Assembly (NCBI GenBank): GCA_001563335.1
Contig: LRSL01000069.1
Location: 115,129 to 179,128 of the forward strand
Length of the DNA: 64,000 nt
Direction of reading: 5' to 3'
DNA from: Candidatus Thorarchaeota archaeon SMTZ1-45
GTDB taxonomy: Archaea > Asgardarchaeota > Thorarchaeia > Thorarchaeales > Thorarchaeaceae
Part shown: positions 29,497-39,106 of the stretch, in pieces
Numbering within the stretch: the stretch's first letter is position 1
Layout: every line of letters begins with the position of its first letter
The notes under the pieces: generated by a model
The model's input: only the letters and a program-made list of their open reading frames with translations
What the model was told of the DNA's origin: nothing
Databases searched by the model: none
Translations under genes and position numbers: made by a program

Positions 29497-30180
29497 ATGT
29501 CACGAATGAAGCTGAATGCTGCAAAAAGTGCTCTAAAGAATATTCCCAAAACTGGTCCAATTGGTCTTGGTAGTGGATCCACAGTAGCTATTTTTGCCAA
29601 AGAACTTGGACAACTAGTCTCGGATGGTAAGAATGATATCTCTGTAGTTCCTAGCTCATATCAAGCATACCAGCTTGCAATAGAACATGGTATTCCTCTA
29701 ACTAATCTCGATATCAATCCAGAATTAATCATAACAGTTGACGGTGCTGACGAAGTTGACAAAAATCTTAATCTTACCAAAGGTGGTGGAGGTGCTCTTT
29801 TCCAAGAGAAAGTAGTGGCTTCAGCCTCCAAGAGATTGATTATAATCGTAGATGAATCAAAACTTGTGGATAAACTAGCCTCTAGATTCTTGATTCCGAT
29901 TGAAGTATTCCCATTTTCTTTAAGTGTAGTTCAAAGAAAAATTAGAACCATGGGAATTGAACCATTTGTACGACAGGCTGAGAAAAAGATAGGTCCAGTT
30001 GTGACTGATAATGGTAACTTTATCATTGATCTCAAGTTCTCCAAACCAATCGATGACCCTAGAAAAGTTGCAACTGACCTAAAAATGATCCCGGGTGTTG
30101 TAGAAACTGGATTGTTTATAGACATGACAGATGAGGTTCATGTTGGTCTGAAAGACGGTGTCAGAGTTCTCAAGAAATAA
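29497..30180 (+). CDS. rpiA: Ribose-5-phosphate isomerase A
   Basis: GLGSGST, DGADE, KGGGGAL.QEK, VTDNGN. Confidence 0.96.
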   Translation: MSRMKLNAAKSALKNIPKTGPIGLGSGSTVAIFAKELGQLVSDGKNDISVVPSSYQAYQLAIEHGIPLTNLDINPELIITVDGADEVDKNLNLTKGGGGALFQEKVVASASKRLIIIVDESKLVDKLASRFLIPIEVFPFSLSVVQRKIRTMGIEPFVRQAEKKIGPVVTDNGNFIIDLKFSKPIDDPRKVATDLKMIPGVVETGLFIDMTDEVHVGLKDGVRVLKK

Positions 30181-30190
30181 TAAAGAAAGA

Positions 30191-30298
30191 TGGCGGGCCC
30201 GCCCGGATTTGAACCGGGGATTACTAACTTAGGAGGCTAGTGCCCTATATACCTCCAATGGGATGAAATCCTATAGGTCCAGGCTAGGCCACGGGCCC
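30191..30298 (-). tRNA. tRNA-Arg(CCT) with a 30-nt D-loop intron at 19/20 (30249-30278)
   Basis: GGGCCCG acceptor; strict BHB with inner helix CCTA/TAGG, central GCCT/AGGT, bulges GGA and ATA. Confidence 0.92.
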
Positions 30299-30352
30299 TT
30301 GAACTTGAGCGTGTAGGAAGTCTGTTGTTAAAGCTTTTGCAGTGTTAATATG

Positions 30353-31624
30353 CTACTCAGTGATCTTAGCTGTGATGTTAGCTCCCTCTTCCATAGCATC
30401 AACAAGGATACTACCTTGACGGGTCTTTATTCGTATGGAACTTTCTCCATTTCTCCCAACAACAGTCGTGAAGAGATACAAATCATCTGCAAATATCTCT
30501 ATTCTCTGTTTGGAATATTTCCTACCAGTATATATTGTGACCTTTTTCTTACTATAGCTTACAGAAACAGGGACTGTTTCACCTGGCACACCTTTTCCAA
30601 CATGTTTTCTTTCACCCTTTATAGAAGGTGCAAATGTACCTCTAACTGGAACCACAACTTTTTCTCCACCAAATGAAAACATCTCAAACTCTAAGATTCC
30701 TCGTTCAAAATCTCGGACTTCAACGACCGGTCTTGCTAGGTCTCTCTGTGTACCTCCCATCCCAGTAGGTAATTTCACTTTCAATGAGAGAGAAGACACT
30801 TTGGACACACGTCCATCCTCAATATGAACTACAGTATCCACCGTACTAGGGACCTGTCCTAACTCGACTCTTCCTCCAAGAATCAGTCTTTGAAGCGCAT
30901 CAATAGCTGAACCTGCATGTACAACTCCCACCATTCCCACACCTGCTGAACGAAGATCCGAATAAGCCTGAAAATCTGAATTCTTTCGGAGTTCATCATA
31001 AATGACAAAATCTGGACGAACTAGAAGCAATATGTCTGCGGCTTTTTCCATGCTTCCATCAAGAGGTGAGTATTGAACGATAGCCTCTTCTACTTGTAGG
31101 TCTCTAGGCTGTTCTAGTGTCTTTACGACATTACCCTTGCTGCCATAAAACTCAGCGAGGGCTGCTGCAAAGGTACTCTTACCAGATCCTGGCGACCCTG
31201 AAACAAGTATACCCTCAGCTCGTGATTCAAGTCTAGTCATCAGCTTTGGACTGAGCTCATAATCAGCAAGACTCAGTTTCACAATTGGGCGAATTGCAGA
31301 AATCTCCATCTTATCAGCAAAAGGTCTTCTGGCAATGGCGATTCTAAGATTCCTTAATTGGACTACAGCAGCTCCTTCTTCTTCTATCTCAATGAATGAA
31401 TTATTATCGTTCTCTGCTGTTTCAAGAATTGCTTCTGCAAGAACATCAAGTTCCTCATAGGTGAGTATTCTATCAGATAACTCTACCAACTCCCAATTTC
31501 CAGGTTCACCTCTCTTAGCACGAGGGGGGTTATTCTCTATAAGATGTACACTCATTGTATGATCATCAAAGAATGCCTTGAGAGTCAGAATCTCTTCACT
31601 GTCTTCATTGTTCTTCACTATCAT
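30353..31624 (-). CDS. PINA-type (VirB11/PilT-like) ATPase lacking the N-terminal PIN domain
   Basis: FFDDHTMSVHL...AKRGEPG, GSPGSGKST, TLEQPRDL, LLVRPD..YDELR, GMVGVVHA. Confidence 0.85.
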   Translation of the reverse strand: MIVKNNEDSEEILTLKAFFDDHTMSVHLIENNPPRAKRGEPGNWELVELSDRILTYEELDVLAEAILETAENDNNSFIEIEEEGAAVVQLRNLRIAIARRPFADKMEISAIRPIVKLSLADYELSPKLMTRLESRAEGILVSGSPGSGKSTFAAALAEFYGSKGNVVKTLEQPRDLQVEEAIVQYSPLDGSMEKAADILLLVRPDFVIYDELRKNSDFQAYSDLRSAGVGMVGVVHAGSAIDALQRLILGGRVELGQVPSTVDTVVHIEDGRVSKVSSLSLKVKLPTGMGGTQRDLARPVVEVRDFERGILEFEMFSFGGEKVVVPVRGTFAPSIKGERKHVGKGVPGETVPVSVSYSKKKVTIYTGRKYSKQRIEIFADDLYLFTTVVGRNGESSIRIKTRQGSILVDAMEEGANITAKITE

Positions 31625-32240
31625 CACTTCCACGATTTCGAAGAGTGGCCTGAGCAACTCGATAGAAGTTCACCTCTCCATTTTGATCCACAAGAGCAAA
31701 AACAAGCTTCTTTCGAGAGCCAGCAGCTGTTTTTGTAACCATATCTAAATCACTTAGAGATATTGGTACGCCCTCTTTTAACACGTAGACTAACTGACTG
31801 GCACTCGCTACCCCTGGTTTCTCACCTCGAGCATATATACGAAATCCAATACCACCGCCAAACCCCTGACGTACAGCATATCCTCTACTTCTCAGGTCTC
31901 TAAACACAAGATATCTGGTCCATAGATCTGGGTCTTCATCGAGTAGTTCATTCACGATAGAATCTGGTCCTATGGTTTCACCATTAGGTCTTCTGACAAT
32001 TAGTCGTTTTCGTTCAAGAAGGTGTAATAATTCCACAGAGTCTAATTCAAGCCTATTACCATCAATACGATTTCCATAGAATCCCTGCTGTGAGATTCGG
32101 TCAGCATCCTCACTACCAACATACCCCTTTCCATTTTCGAAAATTGCCTCTGCAGGTTCCTCTACTATATCATCATCCAACTCATATTCTTCAAGATCTT
32201 CAGAAGATTCCTGCTCGAGATATTCTTCATCGTCTTTCAA
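31605..32240 (-). CDS. endA: tRNA-splicing endonuclease subunit, probably the structural (non-catalytic) subunit
   Basis: LDSVELLHL, VFRDLRSRGY, FRIY, RKKLVFALVD; catalytic His and K(F/Y)G motif absent. Confidence 0.85.
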   Translation of the reverse strand: MKDDEEYLEQESSEDLEEYELDDDIVEEPAEAIFENGKGYVGSEDADRISQQGFYGNRIDGNRLELDSVELLHLLERKRLIVRRPNGETIGPDSIVNELLDEDPDLWTRYLVFRDLRSRGYAVRQGFGGGIGFRIYARGEKPGVASASQLVYVLKEGVPISLSDLDMVTKTAAGSRKKLVFALVDQNGEVNFYRVAQATLRNRGSDDSEEQ

Positions 32241-32335
32241 CTACATTTCGCCTGCTTGGTCTAGCCAAGACGATAATGTGAAAAACCCTTCGGCACGCCA
32301 CAAGAACTATAGCCAATTCCGAAAGAAATCCTGTT

Positions 32336-32833
32336 GTGTCAACCAGCAGATTTGATGAAGAACTAAGGAACTTTATCCTTGGTGCTAAAAAGATTGCAAT
32401 CCTCGGTCTTGGAAACGACCTACGTTCGGATGATGGACTTGGACTGTATTTCATAGAAAAACTCAGCATAGATGATCCTCGAGTGATGATTGAGAATGTT
32501 GGATCAGTTCCTGAAGGGTTTACACAACCATTGGCTGAGTTTGGTGCTGACAGAATAATCATGATTGACGCTGCTGACATGAGAAAGTCTCCTGGACATA
32601 CTGAGCTTATCACTAAGGACCGTATAGGTGGAATCAGCATTAGCACTCACAGCATGCCGCTTTCATTTCTAATGATGTATCTAGAGCAGGCAACAGGCGG
32701 CAAAACAGTACTGATTGGTATTCAGCCGAAAAATATACAGTTTGGTGAGGGTTTGACACCAGAGATTCAAGAAGTTGTTGATAGAGTTGTCAACACTTTA
32801 GAACGTATATTGATAGAATACTTGAGAGGATAA
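32336..32833 (+). CDS. hycI: Hydrogenase maturation endopeptidase
   Basis: LGLGNDLRSDDG, VPE, IDAA, STHSMPL, GIQP. Confidence 0.9.
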   Translation: MSTSRFDEELRNFILGAKKIAILGLGNDLRSDDGLGLYFIEKLSIDDPRVMIENVGSVPEGFTQPLAEFGADRIIMIDAADMRKSPGHTELITKDRIGGISISTHSMPLSFLMMYLEQATGGKTVLIGIQPKNIQFGEGLTPEIQEVVDRVVNTLERILIEYLRG

Positions 32834-32837
32834 AGAG

Positions 32838-33872
32838 ATGTTTCGAACAATTGAATGGCTTGATGACACTGCAAAGGTACGTCTCGTAGACCAGACTAAA
32901 CTTCCACTCACTCTAGAGCATATTGTAACTGACAGCCACGAACGTATTGCTAAATCAATCAAGACAATGGAGATTCGTGGCGCTCCTGCTATTGGGGCAG
33001 CTGCAGGGATGGGTATGGCACTGGCTGCAATTGAGAGTAAAGCCAGAACGTTTGGAGACCTGATGGAGTATCTTGAGAATGCCGCAGTCACACTAAATAC
33101 ACGACCCACCGCAGTAAATCTGACTTGGGCAACGAATAGAATGCTGGAGGTTGCAAAGACCACAGAGGGAAGTATTGACGATATTATTCAAAGATTGATT
33201 GAAGAGGCAAAAGAGATTGCTGAGGAAGATGTCCGTATGAGCAGGAATATGGGTGAACAAGCGCTTGCTCTAATAAAACCAGGTTACACGATTCAAACTA
33301 TATGCAATGCAGGATCTTTGGCTACAGTTCACCTTGGTACTGTAGGGGCTGTTGTCCGAGTAGCTCATGAGAAATATGATGGTAACATCAAGGTGTATGC
33401 TGTAGAAACCAGACCTCGACAACAGGGAGCACGTCTCACAGTATTCGAGTTCATGGAAGATGGTATCGATACGACTCTAATAACTGATGGTATGATTGGT
33501 ACAGTATTTCGTGAGGGAAGAGTTGATTGTTGTGTTGTGGGTGCTGACAGAATTCTAAGAACAGGCCATGTAATCAATAAGATTGGAACCTATACCATGG
33601 CAATCGCAGCAAAATACCATAACATACCGTTCTATTCAGTAGTTCCAATATCAACAATCGATATGGTCACTGACCCTGAGGATGTGATCATTGAGGAACG
33701 TGATCCTGATGAGATCCGTATCATCAATGATGAATACATCACAGTTCCTGATGCAAAAGTGTACAACCCTGCATTTGACATGACTCCTCCTGAGCTAGTA
33801 GACGCAATAATTACAGACAGAGGTATTGTTAGGAATCCAACAGAAGAGAAGATGCGGAAGCTCTTCGAGTAG
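32838..33872 (+). CDS. mtnA: Methylthioribose-1-phosphate isomerase
   Basis: DQTKLP, IRGAPAIG, RPTAVNL, CNAGSLAT, ETRP, NPAFDMTP. Confidence 0.93.
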   Translation: MFRTIEWLDDTAKVRLVDQTKLPLTLEHIVTDSHERIAKSIKTMEIRGAPAIGAAAGMGMALAAIESKARTFGDLMEYLENAAVTLNTRPTAVNLTWATNRMLEVAKTTEGSIDDIIQRLIEEAKEIAEEDVRMSRNMGEQALALIKPGYTIQTICNAGSLATVHLGTVGAVVRVAHEKYDGNIKVYAVETRPRQQGARLTVFEFMEDGIDTTLITDGMIGTVFREGRVDCCVVGADRILRTGHVINKIGTYTMAIAAKYHNIPFYSVVPISTIDMVTDPEDVIIEERDPDEIRIINDEYITVPDAKVYNPAFDMTPPELVDAIITDRGIVRNPTEEKMRKLFE

Positions 33873-33934
33873 AACAGCCACTTTCAAAAATACTATAGAA
33901 GTCCTTAAGAGTCAAACAAATCAGACTTTCTTTG

Positions 33935-34012
33935 GGGCGCGTAGTCTAGTTTGGATAAGGCACCAGCCTTCGGAGCTGGGTATCCCAGGTTCAAATCCTG
34001 GCGCGCCCGCCA
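33935..34012 (+). tRNA. tRNA-Arg(TCG), intronless
   Basis: GGGCGCG/CGCGCCC acceptor, CCAGC-CTTCGGA-GCTGG, GCCA end. Confidence 0.95.
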
Positions 34013-34119
34013 TCTGTTAATTATCATTATAGCATATCATCAAAGGCTGATACTGCTTAGAACAAGCAATCCCAGAGATACCAATAGCAGGTACTGTTCT
34101 AAATAAATTACAAAAAGAA

Positions 34120-34338
34120 CTACTTCTTCCCAAGCTTCTTATTCCATACATCTAAAAAATACTCCAAAGACCTATCATAGGTTCTCTCTGCCTCTGGAGG
34201 AAACAGACAACCCGGAAGTTCGCGGTGTTTCCAGTGGTAATCAAGGCAATCACAACAATACCCCTTCCTTGAACATCCGGGGTATGTACAATCACATCGC
34301 TCCTTGTTTCTATCTGTGGGACAAGTTCTGCCAGTCAT
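34120..34338 (-). CDS. Small Cys-rich protein (DUF6485-like)
   Basis: CDCTY.GCSRKG.CC.C..YH....ELPGC.F. Confidence 0.75.
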   Translation of the reverse strand: MTGRTCPTDRNKERCDCTYPGCSRKGYCCDCLDYHWKHRELPGCLFPPEAERTYDRSLEYFLDVWNKKLGKK

Positions 34339-34429
34339 CGAAGCTCAATACTCTTTTCTTCTAATACGTTAAAACCTGATTGGTTAGTACAGTAGGCTAA
34401 TAGCAATGAAGTACTGAAGTAGAAATAGC

Positions 34430-35215
34430 ATGGACCTATCAAAGTGGTTTCCAACAATCCCAACTGGTGTTGATGGAACTATCCTCAATCCTGAAAGAAT
34501 CATCACATTAGAAGAGATTCTGGCTGAAACCTATGGTCGTAAGGCCTCTCTCTTGTCATTAGAACGACTGAAGAGTAGGAAGAACATCGTTATTCATCTT
34601 GAGATAGCGAAAGAAGAACAGATTATACCTAGCAATGTTGTTGCAAAGATGTTCGTGGTTGATAAATTTGACATTGAACTTCGAATATTAAAATCCAGTT
34701 GGGAGAAGTCGCTTGCTGTTCCTGAAGTTATTGAGGCAAGAGATGGTGTAATCCTCATGGATTACATAAATGGAGAACCCCTTGTTGATGTCTTAAATCG
34801 AACGTTCGAACAATCACTTATTGACATGCTAGCTGAATGGTATTACAATTATCATAATGCTCATGATATGATCAAAGGTGACCCAAGACTTCGAAATTTC
34901 ATCTACAATAACAGTAGAATCTATGGGGTTGACTATGAAGAAACTTGTCCTGGTCCATGGGTTTTGGACATTGGAGGTGCCGCTGCAAGTATATTAGACA
35001 CAGATCCTATCTTTGATGTCAGAAAACAAAAGCTATGTTGGGCACTTCTTGAAACCTACTTGGACCTTATTGGTGAAGAAAGGACCTCTGAGATTGAGAG
35101 TAAGTTCAACGAAACTGTGGCTGATACACTAAAAAAGACCGCAATTTGGCGAAATAATGCTGAAATCATGTCAATTTCAGAAACTGTTCGACAAAATGGC
35201 ATCCCTTTCGAATAA
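34430..35215 (+). CDS. Protein kinase-like (RIO/Bud32/APH-fold) phosphotransferase
   Basis: VAK, ILMDYING, GDPRLRNF catalytic loop, VDYE. Confidence 0.75.
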   Translation: MDLSKWFPTIPTGVDGTILNPERIITLEEILAETYGRKASLLSLERLKSRKNIVIHLEIAKEEQIIPSNVVAKMFVVDKFDIELRILKSSWEKSLAVPEVIEARDGVILMDYINGEPLVDVLNRTFEQSLIDMLAEWYYNYHNAHDMIKGDPRLRNFIYNNSRIYGVDYEETCPGPWVLDIGGAAASILDTDPIFDVRKQKLCWALLETYLDLIGEERTSEIESKFNETVADTLKKTAIWRNNAEIMSISETVRQNGIPFE

Positions 35216-35300
35216 GTGACTAAATTACTTAACTCCCCAAGGTTCTTAACACTGTTATGCAGAATATCGAAGTATACAGTCAAACATATCGGGTGCTGTT

Positions 35301-36578
35301 ATGGAACAAAAACAGAACGCACTAGTCATTATTACAATACTTATCATGACTAGTGTGTCATTTATTGGTCTATACCAACTCATAGAACCCGATGCTAATC
35401 CCATACTTAATTTCTATGTCTTTGGTGATTCACAAGGTTATCAAGAAGGAATCATAGAGATTGCTGAAATTGCTAATCAAGAAACCCCAGATTTTGTATT
35501 CCATTGCGGAGACCTTACGCCATTCGGACAACCTAATCAGTATGACGAGGTTATTTCTGCTTTAGAACTCTTCACAGTCCCAGTCTATACCACAATAGGT
35601 AATCATGATATTCGTGAAGGTGGTGCAGAGAGATACATTCAACACTTTGGCTCTTCCACCTATTCCTTCGATTTAGGTCCTGCTCATTTTACAGTTTTCA
35701 ACACTTCAACAGGAGATGTTTCTGAAGCTGAAATGACCTGGCTTGAGAATGACCTTTCACAATCAAGTTCTGAAACTAAGTTTGTGTTCACGCACATTCC
35801 ACCTTTTGATCCAAGAATAAACCAAGATCATGGAATATTGAATATTACAACAGCAGAGCGGTTGACATTACTTTTCGAAACCCATGGTGTTAACACGGTT
35901 TTCACAGGACACATCCACATGTATAATCAGAGCATGAAGAATGGTGTGCGATATGTGATAACTGGGGGTGCAGGAGCGAGTCTCTATGCTAGTGAAGAGG
36001 AAGGAGGTATCTATCACTTCGTGAATGTCACGCTTGCAGAAACAGGAGTGGAAATTTCCTCAGTCTTACTCAGTCCTCCAACATTGGAACGCGACAGAGT
36101 AGTTATTCGCGGATCTGATGAGGATGTTACCCTTTCTCTCTCTGATTTGACTGATATGGAAACAATCGAAGGGTGGAGTTCTTTTCAAAACCAATTGGGC
36201 AACTGGCGTGGATATGGTCTTTATCGAGGTGTTAGGGTGTCAGACCTTCTAGAACTTGTAGGCGGCATGGGGAATTCTGATATTGTTCGTGTTATCTCCT
36301 TTGATGGCTACTCACAAAATTTCTCGTATGACAATGTGTACCCCAACAGTTCCTGGTATGACATTCAAGGCGATATGATTCTGGCATTCAAAATGAATGA
36401 AACTGATGTCCTCGAATGGACTGATGGTATGCGGTTGGTAATGTTGCCTGCTGATGAAGCATATAGCAATGAGGATTGTCTTACCACATCAGCTCTCGGA
36501 ATGGGTTGCCAAACCTATCTCTCTGCAGGCGCAAGGTGGGTCAGATTTGTATCATTCATCGAGGTGATTTCAGGATGA
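35301..36578 (+). CDS. Membrane-anchored metallophosphoesterase fused to a molybdopterin-oxidoreductase-like domain
   Basis: N-terminal TM; GDSQ, GD, GNHD, H, GHIH; C-terminal YRGVRVSDLL...DGY...ILAF..N...RLV...WVR.V. Confidence 0.8.
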   Translation: MEQKQNALVIITILIMTSVSFIGLYQLIEPDANPILNFYVFGDSQGYQEGIIEIAEIANQETPDFVFHCGDLTPFGQPNQYDEVISALELFTVPVYTTIGNHDIREGGAERYIQHFGSSTYSFDLGPAHFTVFNTSTGDVSEAEMTWLENDLSQSSSETKFVFTHIPPFDPRINQDHGILNITTAERLTLLFETHGVNTVFTGHIHMYNQSMKNGVRYVITGGAGASLYASEEEGGIYHFVNVTLAETGVEISSVLLSPPTLERDRVVIRGSDEDVTLSLSDLTDMETIEGWSSFQNQLGNWRGYGLYRGVRVSDLLELVGGMGNSDIVRVISFDGYSQNFSYDNVYPNSSWYDIQGDMILAFKMNETDVLEWTDGMRLVMLPADEAYSNEDCLTTSALGMGCQTYLSAGARWVRFVSFIEVISG

Positions 36579-37645
36579 GCGAATCTTCCGGTTTTACTTT
36601 CACACGAGAAGTAGTTATAATTGCCGTACTCAGTGCTTTAGGGGGGTCTCTAAGCACATTTATTGGCTATTTGGGTAATCTTGTTAATATCACTCTTGGC
36701 GTTCCTTTTGGAGCTGGTCAGTTCATGGCTGGTCTTCATGTATTCTGGATTGTTTTAATGAGAGTCCTAGTCCCGAAAAATGGCGTTGGGACCATGGGAG
36801 GTCTCTTGAAGGGCACAGTTGAGATGTTCACTGGAAGTACCCATGGGATAGTAGTTGTGATAGTTTCGGTTGTTCAGGGCGTCTTTGTCGACATTGCTGG
36901 ATTAATCACACGTAATAATCAAAACATAACTGAAAATTCTCGTGTGATTTGGTGGTTCTTTGCAGGCATTTCATCAGCTTCCAATGTTATAATTTTTCAA
37001 CTGTTCTATTTTGCAGGCGTTCCTGATATCTATATAGTGATAATCTCGCTCCTTGCATTCTGCTCGGGAGTCATCTTTGCAGGATTCTTTGCTTGGGAAA
37101 CATTAGAGTTCCTTAATGATGCTGGCTTAATACTTAGAAGATTTCCCAGCATACGTACAGAACTCCAGGAAAGGAGTAACAAATCAGTTCTCTATAGGCG
37201 AAATGTACCAGCTGTTGCATTCATTCTTCTCATGGTAATAGGTGTGACATACTATGTTGGATTTGTCAGACCTTTGATTGTGGATCCTTACTCCTGTGAC
37301 ATAGTTGGCCTTGTAGAGAGTCCTTACACCTTCAATATTGCGTCCTATTCTGAAACCACAGTGACAATCGAAGCTGAGCTGATTGGTGCATATACTCATC
37401 TCCCAGCTGCGAACTATACCGGTGTTCTTCTTAATATAATATTACAGCAAGCTAGTCCACTTCCCGAGGCAACAGGTCTCAGAGTGATAGCTCGAGATGG
37501 ATATCAGGTAGAGTTCAATCTCAATAATGTGATGAATGATGGTCGTCTACTATTAACAAATAATCATGATGGTTTGTGGTTAATTGCTGCTGAGTACGAC
37601 GGTTCATTCTGGGTGCGACAAGTCTTCACACTTCAAGTAATCTAG
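36575..37645 (+). CDS. ECF transporter S component fused to a molybdopterin-oxidoreductase-like domain
   Basis: FTTREVVIIAVLSALGG S-component helix, ~7 TM; C-terminal YTGVLL..IL...ARDGY...WVRQV; ATG 36575 overlaps the upstream stop. Confidence 0.75.
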   Translation: MSESSGFTFTREVVIIAVLSALGGSLSTFIGYLGNLVNITLGVPFGAGQFMAGLHVFWIVLMRVLVPKNGVGTMGGLLKGTVEMFTGSTHGIVVVIVSVVQGVFVDIAGLITRNNQNITENSRVIWWFFAGISSASNVIIFQLFYFAGVPDIYIVIISLLAFCSGVIFAGFFAWETLEFLNDAGLILRRFPSIRTELQERSNKSVLYRRNVPAVAFILLMVIGVTYYVGFVRPLIVDPYSCDIVGLVESPYTFNIASYSETTVTIEAELIGAYTHLPAANYTGVLLNIILQQASPLPEATGLRVIARDGYQVEFNLNNVMNDGRLLLTNNHDGLWLIAAEYDGSFWVRQVFTLQVI

Positions 37646-37654
37646 GCGGACAAA

Positions 37655-39106
37655 ATGCTCGAGGCTCGAAACTTATCTTTCTCATACGATGGCATCACTC
37701 CAGTCCTAAATTCACTAGATTTCCAAGTACAGCGTGGGGAAATTGTTATCATAACAGGGTCTACAGGATCTGGCAAGTCCACACTAGCAAATTGCCTCTC
37801 TGGGTTTATTCCCCGTAGTATCAAAGGCAAGTTCTCAGGTTCTATCTTGATTGATGACTCTGATATCTCAGATTTGCCAATAGCTGAGGTCGCTCGACAT
37901 GTATCGCTGGTCCAACAAGATCCTGAAAGTCAAATATGCACACTTCAGGTTTCCGATGAGGTGGCCTTTGGTCCTGAAAACCATGCTTTTGAGGTTAAAG
38001 AGATTGCAATATTGGTTGATTCATCACTGAGGTCTATTGATGCAAAACATCTGTCTGGTCGAGCAACATTTGAGCTCTCAGGAGGAGAAAAACAGAGACT
38101 AATCATCGCAGCAATGATATCATGTAGACCGAGCTACTTGATTTTGGATGAGCCATCTTCAAGTCTTGATCCAAAGGGAGTTTTCCAATTAAGGCATATT
38201 TTGAGGGACTTGAAGAAACAAAATGTTGGAGTCATAGTTATTGAACACAATATTCTAGCTTTCCAACCCGTGGCTGATAGAATTCTAATCTTATCTGATG
38301 GCAAGACTTTACTCATTGATAAACACGAAAACCAAGAATCTATACAATCAACACAAAAAATACCCAATGATACAATTTCTCCGCTTCTTAGCACCAGGAA
38401 TCTTGAGTTTTCATACGGAGATCGAAAAATTATCACAAATGTAACATTTAGTGTATATGAAAAAGAGATCATTGGTCTGATGGGCAACAATGGATCCGGA
38501 AAGACGACTCTTCTAAATCTACTAGGTGGTCTACTAGTTCCAGACAGCGGTACAATACATATCACAGAATATCAGTTGAAAGACTTGAACGCAAAAGAGA
38601 TAGCTCGTAGAGCTGCCACTGTTTTTCAAAATCCAAACCATCAAATTTTCGAAAAAACCGTTTGGAATGAACAAATTTTGACGTTAGAATCTCTAAATCT
38701 TGTGACTCCTGAAACACTCCAAAAGTGTGAAGTTTCATTGGATCAGGCTGGTATTGCTGATTTGAAAGATAGAAATCCATTCTCTTTGAGTCATGGACAG
38801 AAGCGACGGTTAAACGTGAGTTCGATAGCAATACACATGCCAGAGGTATTACTGTTGGATGAACCATTTATAGGGCAAGATGTGGAAGGCCGTAAGTTCA
38901 TCAAAGAAACTGTGTTTGAAACAATAAATCGTGGTGGAGCTGTTCTCATTATAACTCATGATTCAAACTTTGTGCGCAACCACTGTGACAGGGTAATATT
39001 CATGGAGAATGGTTCTATACTCCTCGATGGTTCCCCCACATCTGTTTTTGAGCGTCTTGTAACAATTGGCTATAATGAATACATTGACTCAGGGGTGCAA
39101 TCATAA
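37655..39106 (+). CDS. ECF transporter ATPase with two ABC domains
   Basis: Two Walker A motifs, QDPESQ and QNPNHQ, LSGGEKQR and LSHGQKRR. Confidence 0.93.
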   Translation: MLEARNLSFSYDGITPVLNSLDFQVQRGEIVIITGSTGSGKSTLANCLSGFIPRSIKGKFSGSILIDDSDISDLPIAEVARHVSLVQQDPESQICTLQVSDEVAFGPENHAFEVKEIAILVDSSLRSIDAKHLSGRATFELSGGEKQRLIIAAMISCRPSYLILDEPSSSLDPKGVFQLRHILRDLKKQNVGVIVIEHNILAFQPVADRILILSDGKTLLIDKHENQESIQSTQKIPNDTISPLLSTRNLEFSYGDRKIITNVTFSVYEKEIIGLMGNNGSGKTTLLNLLGGLLVPDSGTIHITEYQLKDLNAKEIARRAATVFQNPNHQIFEKTVWNEQILTLESLNLVTPETLQKCEVSLDQAGIADLKDRNPFSLSHGQKRRLNVSSIAIHMPEVLLLDEPFIGQDVEGRKFIKETVFETINRGGAVLIITHDSNFVRNHCDRVIFMENGSILLDGSPTSVFERLVTIGYNEYIDSGVQS

